Source: a virus (taxonomy: Duplodnaviria; Caudoviricetes). Taken from it: a stretch of DNA of 33,280 nucleotides. Of the stretch, positions 26,125 to 33,280 are shown piece by piece; positions within the stretch are counted from its first letter, which is position 1, and each line of letters begins with the position of its first letter. Position numbers and translations under genes: made by a program. The notes beneath the pieces are model-generated. The model worked only from the letters and a program-made list of their open reading frames with translations, was not told the DNA's origin and searched no databases. The stretch spans positions 1 through 33,280 of the IMG/VR virus record IMGVR_UViG_3300033076_000387. One strand, written 5' to 3'.

Positions 26125-26889
26125 TTATCTGTATTGTGCTAATTCTTGCTGTGTCCAAGGACGACCTGTTCTTGGATTAATCTCTTGACCAGCGAACGGC
26201 CCTGTTGTAGGGAAGTTATAATTTTGTCCAATGTTACCTGGTGTTAACATTGCGGCTACACCTAATCCACCTTTGGCAATATTGCCTAATACTTTATTAG
26301 CTGCCATTTGACGAATCATAGCTGTAGTTTTATCTAATAAACTTGCTTCTCCGGCAGCGGCTGCTTGTGGCGCTGCCGCTGTTGGTGCTACAGGAGCAGT
26401 TGGAGTTGCACCTATTGGTACTACTGGGCGAGCAACTTGTGGAACAGTTTGTGTTGGAACATTGTAAGTTGCTGTCGGGCTTATTGGTCCCATTGGACGA
26501 GCAACTTGAGCACCTGTTTGCATTGCTTGTCTAGCGGCTGCTCGTTGTGCAATACCTTGTTCACTGGCCATCTTAGCATCAGCTAAAGCTTGTGCGGCAT
26601 CGGCACTTGATTTCCAAGCACCATATAACTTGCTACCACCAAGTGCGGCTGCGGCAGCACCGGCTGCAGGAACAATATAAGGGGCAGCACCCAAACCTAC
26701 TGTTGTTGCCACAGTTTCAGCACTTGTGCCTACTTCAGGAATTCTTGTTGCAGGTGCTGGAGGTTCTCCAACATCCGCTACTACTGGAGTTGGAGCTTTT
26801 CTTTGCTTTTGTGCTTCAGCTTGAAGAAACGCATTTATTTCATCATCTGTATAACCTTCAGCTTTTGCGGCTTCACGATCAAATGCCAT
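26125..26889 (-). CDS. Ala/Pro-rich putative ejection / internal virion protein
   Basis: AK.EGYTDDEIN.FL N-terminal motif; position in the ejection cluster. Confidence 0.6.
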   Translation of the reverse strand: MAFDREAAKAEGYTDDEINAFLQAEAQKQRKAPTPVVADVGEPPAPATRIPEVGTSAETVATTVGLGAAPYIVPAAGAAAAALGGSKLYGAWKSSADAAQALADAKMASEQGIAQRAAARQAMQTGAQVARPMGPISPTATYNVPTQTVPQVARPVVPIGATPTAPVAPTAAAPQAAAAGEASLLDKTTAMIRQMAANKVLGNIAKGGLGVAAMLTPGNIGQNYNFPTTGPFAGQEINPRTGRPWTQQELAQYR

Positions 26890-26898
26890 ATTAATTCC

Positions 26899-29385
26899 TT
26901 ATCTATTAAAATCGCCTAAAGGCTTACGGGCTGCTTTTCTAGCAAACTCTGTGCCAAAATCCCAACTACGAGTTTCTGGATTATATTCAGGTACTGGATA
27001 ATGCTTGAACGCATCAACAACAGCACCTGGATTCTTGCCATCCGGATTGTATTTGGCAATGTATGCGGCACGAGCAGCATAAATGCCATCATATTGTTTA
27101 TCCAGCTTAGCCTTCTCTGCACTCCATGCACGATTAAACTCTTCAGTAGTTTTAAGTTCTGGATGAGCAGACTTAAATTCACCACGGTATGCGGCTGTGT
27201 CTTTTGTAAATTGGTCTCTTGTCATTAAACTTAAACCAGAATACAATGGTTGGCGTGTAATGTCCACATTAGCCTGTGCGTTAATCTTATGTTCAGCTTC
27301 ACTGATAGCGCCTGGACCTGCGTTAGCTTTTAATGTTAACGGATTGATCTGTGCGTTTAGACCGATTTGACGATATAGAACTTCTTTTTGTCTATCAGTT
27401 AAATTCAATGCTGCGACACGCTGACTTAAATCAGCTTGGTCTTTAAAGTTACCAGTAATCAAATCACGGATAATATTTCCAACTTCGCCTTTGCCACCTT
27501 GTAACAAGCCAGCAAGTTCAGGATTGTTTAGAATACCATCTGGACCTTTAATTTGTTCTCTACGGATACGGGCAATTTGTGCGCCTGCATCAGCTTTTGG
27601 CGTAATATCTTCTGCGCCATACTTAACAAATTCTTCTTGTTGCTTCTTATTGATAGCAACGCCAGTTTGCATACCAGCGATAGGTTGTGTAACTGCGCTT
27701 GGAACTTGTCCTGGAGCAACTGGGCCGCCTGCAGGAGCTTGTGTGGCTGCGCCAGCTGGCATAGCGCCTGGAGCAACTGGACGAACTGCGCCACCTGCTG
27801 TTGGAGCTTGTCCTGGGAATCCAGCAACACCTGGAACTGCCGCAGGTTGTGCCAAATCATAACCATATGCTGTGCGGAATTGTTGACGCTCTTCTGGACT
27901 CTTGAATGGACCATTGATAGAAACATATTCTTTTTCTGCTTCCAATACATTTTGTCCGTGTTTCTTGGCCAAGTCAATAACAAGACCACGATCCATCTTA
28001 CGCAATGCACCAGCTTCTTCTAGTTTAGTTAATCCGCTTGTTGGGCCTGTATAACGAGCACCACTTGCTGCATCAACCAAGCGTGTGCGGCCTTGCTCAT
28101 CACTTTGAGCACGGAGAATCTGTCCATTAGGACCTTGGAAGAATGTGCCGCTTGTTGTAACTTTAGCGCCACCTGTTGTGTAAGCGATTAAATCATTTGT
28201 AGCAATTTCTTTTCCGTCTGCTGTATAACCTTTTAATGGCAAACCTTTGGCATTGACTTGAATCATTGCTTGCTTACCACTTTCATCACTACCTTGAACC
28301 CACTTGTTACCAAAGCCTAACTTGATAGCTTCTTCACCTGCAAGTTGTGGACTGATAAAGCCCAATAAAATCATCTTTAACCAAGAACCTTCTTGGCTTT
28401 GTAATTCTCTAGCAATGGTATTGCCGGCCTTTTTATCGCCTGTAGCTGCGGCCGCTGCCAATGCTGTTGCTTGCTGTTCTGCTTCTTTCTTTTTGACTTC
28501 TTGTGTCATTAATTCATAAGCACGGTCACCGGCACGCTCACGGATCCAAGCAGGAGCAGTTTCATCATTACGCAACTTTAACAAGTTCATTGGATTATCT
28601 TGATCTTGTTGGTAAGTGTTAATGAATTGTTCGCTGGTTCTAACAGGAGCTTGTGCAGGCTTGCCAAGTGCATATGGACTTTCGGCTTGTGCTGCAATTT
28701 CAGGAGCAACTGGTTGTGTTGCTCCACTTGCAGGAGCCATTGTACCACCTAGGCGTTGGTCAACGATCTTACGAACATTTTCTTCTCCACCATTTGCTGC
28801 GGCAGCTTGTGGGCTGATTGTGCCATTTTGTAGATAATCAGCAAGACCTTTTGCGCCCAAAAAGTGAGCAGCACTTAAAGTCTGTGGATTTACTTCCACG
28901 CCATAATGTTGTAGATACTTTGCGTTGTTTTGTGTGACAGCATTTTGTCCAGCTTGCATTTGTTCTGGAGTTGCTTGTGTAATATCAGCTGGTAAGCTTG
29001 GATTTAATCTACGAGCATCTTGCCATGCACCTTGAGTAATGCCATATTGTCCATATGCTGTGCTTTTTTCTGGAGCATGATAACCAATATTAGGACGAGA
29101 GCCACTTTCTGCTTGTGCAATTTGTGCATTATAAGCAGCCATATCTGGTACTACAGGAGCAACAGGTTGCGCTACAGGCATTTGTTGTACTGGCTTAACT
29201 GCAACAGGTTGTATTGCAGGAGCCATTTCTTCTTTGGTGGTGCGTTCTACAGTTCCATCACCGTATGTTTTAATTTCTTGAGTCTTAACTGCGGTATTGG
29301 CAAACTCTTCTTCACGCTTTCTGCGTTCTTCTTCAGTTTCCCAATCACCTAAGTAATTGCCCAGTGCGTCATATTGTGCAGCCAT
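26899..29385 (-). CDS. Ejection / internal virion protein with lysozyme-like (transglycosylase) domain
   Basis: IAQAESG...STAYGQYGITQGAW...AAHFLG near the N-terminus. Confidence 0.75.
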   Translation of the reverse strand: MAAQYDALGNYLGDWETEEERRKREEEFANTAVKTQEIKTYGDGTVERTTKEEMAPAIQPVAVKPVQQMPVAQPVAPVVPDMAAYNAQIAQAESGSRPNIGYHAPEKSTAYGQYGITQGAWQDARRLNPSLPADITQATPEQMQAGQNAVTQNNAKYLQHYGVEVNPQTLSAAHFLGAKGLADYLQNGTISPQAAAANGGEENVRKIVDQRLGGTMAPASGATQPVAPEIAAQAESPYALGKPAQAPVRTSEQFINTYQQDQDNPMNLLKLRNDETAPAWIRERAGDRAYELMTQEVKKKEAEQQATALAAAAATGDKKAGNTIARELQSQEGSWLKMILLGFISPQLAGEEAIKLGFGNKWVQGSDESGKQAMIQVNAKGLPLKGYTADGKEIATNDLIAYTTGGAKVTTSGTFFQGPNGQILRAQSDEQGRTRLVDAASGARYTGPTSGLTKLEEAGALRKMDRGLVIDLAKKHGQNVLEAEKEYVSINGPFKSPEERQQFRTAYGYDLAQPAAVPGVAGFPGQAPTAGGAVRPVAPGAMPAGAATQAPAGGPVAPGQVPSAVTQPIAGMQTGVAINKKQQEEFVKYGAEDITPKADAGAQIARIRREQIKGPDGILNNPELAGLLQGGKGEVGNIIRDLITGNFKDQADLSQRVAALNLTDRQKEVLYRQIGLNAQINPLTLKANAGPGAISEAEHKINAQANVDITRQPLYSGLSLMTRDQFTKDTAAYRGEFKSAHPELKTTEEFNRAWSAEKAKLDKQYDGIYAARAAYIAKYNPDGKNPGAVVDAFKHYPVPEYNPETRSWDFGTEFARKAARKPLGDFNR

Positions 29386-29394
29386 CTTTATTCC

Positions 29395-30117
29395 TTAAAA
29401 TTTGATACCAAAGTCCAAGCCTGCTTTGTAGCCGCTGGTAGAAGAACCTTGTGTGCCGCGGAAGTCTGGATTATAACTTGCCGCAGGTGTTCCAAAGATT
29501 ACGCTGGCATATTGGTTGTATAGTTGTTGCGGTGTCATTGCAGCACTTACACCTTGACCGGCAGCACCTAAAGCTTGTCCAATACCGCCTTGACCTAGTT
29601 GAGCAAGTTGACTTGCAACGCCTGCTCTTTGTCCAGCAATATCACGCTGTACTTGTGCGGCTGTTTGCATTTGTGCGGCTTGTGTGGCATTTGCTAATTG
29701 TCTATCTGCAAGTGCTTGGCGTGCTGAACCTAACATTCCTGTGCCACCAAACTGTGCTCTTTGGTTTGCAACATTTTGTGCATACTGAGCTTCAGCTGGA
29801 GCGAGAGCAGCACGGATTTGATTTGCTTCATAATCAGGATTGAACAAACTTTCCAAGCCTGTAATACCTGTGCGTAACGCTGATTCGCCGGTACCACCTA
29901 ATGCTTCTTGTGCTTGGCGTGCTGTGCCTGCAAGATTTTGTGCGGCATTTAATACACCGCCTGCGTTTGTATTATAAACATCAGTAGCGCCTTTAACCGC
30001 TTGTTCATATGTTGGCTTAATTGTGCCAGTGAAGAACTGCGTTTGGGCTGCGATTTGATCTTTCTGCTCCTGCGTTAAGCTAGGAGTTGTTGTTGAAGAA
30101 CTTTTACCAAAACTCAT
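29395..30117 (-). CDS. DNA ejection / pilot protein (P22 gp7-like)
   Basis: GKSSSTTT start, Ala/Gln helices, GMLGSARQA motif; TAAATA 30139-30144. Confidence 0.65.
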   Translation of the reverse strand: MSFGKSSSTTTPSLTQEQKDQIAAQTQFFTGTIKPTYEQAVKGATDVYNTNAGGVLNAAQNLAGTARQAQEALGGTGESALRTGITGLESLFNPDYEANQIRAALAPAEAQYAQNVANQRAQFGGTGMLGSARQALADRQLANATQAAQMQTAAQVQRDIAGQRAGVASQLAQLGQGGIGQALGAAGQGVSAAMTPQQLYNQYASVIFGTPAASYNPDFRGTQGSSTSGYKAGLDFGIKF

Positions 30118-30156
30118 TATATTATTCCTTAATGTTAATATTTAGCGTAATTAAAT

Positions 30157-31932
30157 TCAAGGAGCTACAGGTCCCGCGGCATACGCATTGGCTGCTTCTA
30201 CAGCCGCTTGATTATATGGTGTCACTCTCACTGCACTTGCACCAGGTTCAGGAGTAACATAATGACCTTGTGCCGCTAATATCATTTCTTCTGGAGTTAA
30301 TTCTTTAGCAACATGTTGTAAACCCCATGGCGTTACAGGAGCGGCTGCTTGATTATATAACTGTGCATTAAATGTTGGACCAGACTGGAAAGGATGTGAA
30401 CCCCAGAAGTATTGACTTTGTTCTGGAGCATTTGTATTGTAAAACGCTGTTGGCTGTATCCATCCTGGATTTAAACCAAAGCGTGTTTGTAATCCAGCTA
30501 CAGGGCCAGTGCCGCCAGGCGGCGTAGTTGGAGTAGTTGGAGTTGTTGGAGTAGTTGGATTGTTTGGAGTAACAACAGGGAATACAACAGGAGTTGTAGG
30601 ATCAGTCCAACCGCCAGGATTATATGGATCAACGACTTCTGTTGGTACCGTAGGAACTTCAGTTACTGGTAAAGTCGTATCAATTGGAGTTACAGTAACA
30701 TCAGTAGGATTGCTTGGATCGCGTGGAGCAACAATTTCAAGTTCGCCTAAATCTGTGACATCACCGCCTGTGCCTGATCCTGTGTAAGTGCCGGAACCGC
30801 TGGTATGAGTTGCACCATTAGTATCTGTCCAAACGCTAGAACCATCTGGATTAATTGTGAGCCAAGTGCCATCATCATATGTATAAGTTACGCCACCGGC
30901 TCCGCCTGCTTGCGCTGTGCCGCCGCCATGGTTAACAGTTTGTCCTGTAGCATCTGTATAACTTGTTGTGCCATCAGGATTAGTTGTAAATGTTGAACCA
31001 TCATCAAATGTATATGTGCTTGGAGTTACTGGTCCAGTAACTGCGCCTGTATTTTCATCTACTGGAGCAACTGGTCCTGGTTCAGTGCCAACTTCCCATG
31101 CGTTAGCGGCAGCATTCCACTTTGCTGTGCCATTGTCAATTTGTTCTAATGTAGCTAACTGTGAACCTGCTGTTAACTTACTTGTATCTGCATATTGCGG
31201 AGCTTCTGCTGTGCCAGCTGCGCCTGCAATTTCAACACGGAATGGTTCACCACCACTTTGATCTGTTAAAGTATTAATTAAGCCAGGATCAACATTCTTC
31301 ATCAAGTCTGCTGTTTGTTGTGCATCTAGAATTGTTAGTTGTCCGTTAGGATTGAACTGTTCAATTAAGCCTGTTGAAGGATTGTATTCAAACACTGGAG
31401 CTTGTTGTCCTGGAGCAGGCGTAGATCCAATTGCGGCACCATCCGGGGCTCTTGTGATTGTGCTGCCATCATCATAGTGATAAACTTGATTACCTGTGCC
31501 ATCATTGTAAATGCCAATAACAGTACTTGTACCAGCACCCATTACGCCACCGGTTAAGGCACCTTTTACAATGTCTCCGCCAGTTAAGGCAGCACTTGTT
31601 GCACCTGCTGCTGCACCACCTGCGGCACTTGATAATACACTGCCGGCACCTGCTTCAGCGGCAGCGGCTGCACCTGCACCGCCTGCGAAACCTGCTGCGC
31701 CACCTAGCAATGCACCTTCTAGAACATCACCACCATTTGCGGCTGCATTTGCTGCGCCACCTAATGCACCTGCTGCTACAGGAGGAATGCCCAGTGCCAT
31801 ACCGCCAATACTAACGATAGCACCAATTGGGTTATCTACTACTGATTCAACTGCATTACCAATTGCATCTCCAACATCACTTACGACATCGCCGACTGCA
31901 TCTAATACATCTCCAACGAATCCACCACACAT
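30157..31932 (-). CDS. Gly/Ala/Thr-rich virion-associated (ejection-type) protein
   Basis: MCGG start, glycine zippers, three Y.(Y/F)DDG(S/T) repeats, PT linker. Confidence 0.65.
   Translation of the reverse strand: MCGGFVGDVLDAVGDVVSDVGDAIGNAVESVVDNPIGAIVSIGGMALGIPPVAAGALGGAANAAANGGDVLEGALLGGAAGFAGGAGAAAAAEAGAGSVLSSAAGGAAAGATSAALTGGDIVKGALTGGVMGAGTSTVIGIYNDGTGNQVYHYDDGSTITRAPDGAAIGSTPAPGQQAPVFEYNPSTGLIEQFNPNGQLTILDAQQTADLMKNVDPGLINTLTDQSGGEPFRVEIAGAAGTAEAPQYADTSKLTAGSQLATLEQIDNGTAKWNAAANAWEVGTEPGPVAPVDENTGAVTGPVTPSTYTFDDGSTFTTNPDGTTSYTDATGQTVNHGGGTAQAGGAGGVTYTYDDGTWLTINPDGSSVWTDTNGATHTSGSGTYTGSGTGGDVTDLGELEIVAPRDPSNPTDVTVTPIDTTLPVTEVPTVPTEVVDPYNPGGWTDPTTPVVFPVVTPNNPTTPTTPTTPTTPPGGTGPVAGLQTRFGLNPGWIQPTAFYNTNAPEQSQYFWGSHPFQSGPTFNAQLYNQAAAPVTPWGLQHVAKELTPEEMILAAQGHYVTPEPGASAVRVTPYNQAAVEAANAYAAGPVAP
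30524..30559. repeat. 9-bp tandem repeat GTAGTTGGA x4 encoding (PTT)n
   Basis: Directly visible, one mismatch. Confidence 0.85.
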
Positions 31933-31933
31933 A

Positions 31934-32374
31934 TTAAATTTCCTTTACAGCATTGAAGCCGCGTATTTTATATCCAAGTCTGCGATAGTATTCGGCTACC
32001 GCGTCTACATTGTCTCCGGTTGTTTGTCCAAGCCATAACTCTTTTGCTTTATTTGATCTTGCCCATGATTCTAATTCTTCAATTAGAGCCTTAGCAACAT
32101 CATGGCGACGATACGCCGGAATAACAAACACACCTATATCAGTTACACGCAGAACATCATTAAAAACATTTTCATGTAGGATGCCGCATGTATAACCTAT
32201 TAACTTACCATCCAGCAAGGCTAACATTACTAATGATTTTGGACTTGTCACAAGTGCTCTTATCTTTGGCACTGTGGCAACTCCTAATCCTGTGTGCGTT
32301 AACATGATATCTGTTAACGCTTTAATTGCTGCTATATCTTCTTCTACTGCTGGTCTATACACTATTTGGGTCAT
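31934..32374 (-). CDS. GNAT acetyltransferase
   Basis: YRPAVEEDI, VFVIPAYRRHDVAKALI and YYRRLGY motifs. Start ATG 32374, 6 nt after TAAATA 32381-32386. Confidence 0.88.
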   Translation of the reverse strand: MTQIVYRPAVEEDIAAIKALTDIMLTHTGLGVATVPKIRALVTSPKSLVMLALLDGKLIGYTCGILHENVFNDVLRVTDIGVFVIPAYRRHDVAKALIEELESWARSNKAKELWLGQTTGDNVDAVAEYYRRLGYKIRGFNAVKEI

Positions 32375-32383
32375 ATGCAATAT

Positions 32384-33277
32384 TTATGGCTTGACTACCT
32401 GAGCTGAGAAGCTTCTCAAGCCTAATACGCTATTAGTTAGCAATTGACTGCCTGCATTATCATTGAAAATTATTTCCAAAATATACCAATAGTAAGCACC
32501 TTTGAAAGTTGTTTGTCCCAAGCCTGGCTGGTCTACCACGCTGATGAATAGAGTTTCAACATCATTGGTAACGCCTGCTATAGGAGTATTAACTAAGATT
32601 TGCTTGCTTACAACTGTTTTGTCAAAGAAAAATACAGAACCCAAATTGCCGGGCACAGTTGAAGTTTCGGCAATATATCTATTAATCTGCACTGTGTAAT
32701 AAAAACTTCCTGGATAGCGGCTTGGATCTGTGTAGATCAAATTGTTTAACTGAGCATTTACTACAACACGATCCTGGGCACCATTAACTGTAACTTTAGC
32801 GTTGCAATCAGTACTGATAGTTGTATCATTACTGTTTAGATCAATTGTGCCGCCTGTGCTGGGCGCAACTAATGGATATTCATCTATAGAACGAGCAATA
32901 ACATAAGCGCCGGTGCATTCCACTACGCCTATAGGACTGTAATAACCATCATAGCTGGGATCAGTAACGCCTGTGACATTAATAGGTTGACCGTTAATGA
33001 AAGGAGGTTGAACGAATGGAATTAAAAAAGTAAATTTCCAAGTGCGACTATCTAACATCTCACTAGTGCTTAAGGCAATAGGAGCAACATACAGTGAAAC
33101 ATTGGGTAATATATTTCCATTGTATTGTGTAAATGGCACACGATAGTTGCCTGTTAAGTCACCGGTGATATCGCTGTTAAAACCAGCAAGATCCTGACCT
33201 ATACTGCCAGGACCACTTAACACATAGTTAAGACCATCTAATACGCCTTGACCATCACTGACTGGAAATTGTGCCAT
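32384..33277 (-). CDS. Beta-rich virion structural protein
   Basis: 297 aa ORF in the tail module; ATG overlaps an upstream TAA. Confidence 0.65.
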   Translation of the reverse strand: MAQFPVSDGQGVLDGLNYVLSGPGSIGQDLAGFNSDITGDLTGNYRVPFTQYNGNILPNVSLYVAPIALSTSEMLDSRTWKFTFLIPFVQPPFINGQPINVTGVTDPSYDGYYSPIGVVECTGAYVIARSIDEYPLVAPSTGGTIDLNSNDTTISTDCNAKVTVNGAQDRVVVNAQLNNLIYTDPSRYPGSFYYTVQINRYIAETSTVPGNLGSVFFFDKTVVSKQILVNTPIAGVTNDVETLFISVVDQPGLGQTTFKGAYYWYILEIIFNDNAGSQLLTNSVLGLRSFSAQVVKP

Positions 33278-33280
33278 TAT

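Noticed and set aside
9584-32699. Numerous plus-strand ORFs (e.g. 10115..10504, 27553..28023, 31511..32038)
   Set aside because: Antisense shadows of long, codon-biased minus-strand genes.
1-33280. Alternative genetic code or prophage context
   Set aside because: Genes are full-length and densely packed under the standard code; no host genes or integrase are visible.

Overview
The window is an apparently near-complete, circularly permuted ~33.3-kb podovirus-type phage genome, with almost all genes on the minus strand. It has a full virion and packaging module: small and large terminase, P22-type portal, scaffold, major capsid protein, adaptor, tail hub, two fibre proteins and ejection proteins, one carrying a lysozyme-like domain. 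It also encodes Dps and two GNATs. An AT-rich non-structural block (~1.9-7.7 kb) holds a minimal family-A-polymerase-like protein with a perfect 44-bp direct repeat, one intact HNH protein and one nuclease-dead HNH protein. I could not recognise a helicase, primase, SSB, integrase, repressor, sigma factor, RNA polymerase or endolysin. Three signals stand out. (1) A T4-late-promoter-like hexamer, TAAATA, sits just upstream of most structural operons, often 5-6 nt before a leaderless ATG. (2) Three TAAATA-driven, terminator-ended small RNA cassettes (6260-7135) are each antisense to an SD+AUG-Ser translation start. (3) A T4-style hairpin appears to occlude the hub-gene start codon on read-through transcripts. 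My inference, untested, is a 'virophage-like' phage: it builds its own virion but borrows late transcription (and perhaps replication and lysis) from a large T4-like or jumbo helper phage, which it suppresses with antisense RNAs and HNH-derived proteins.
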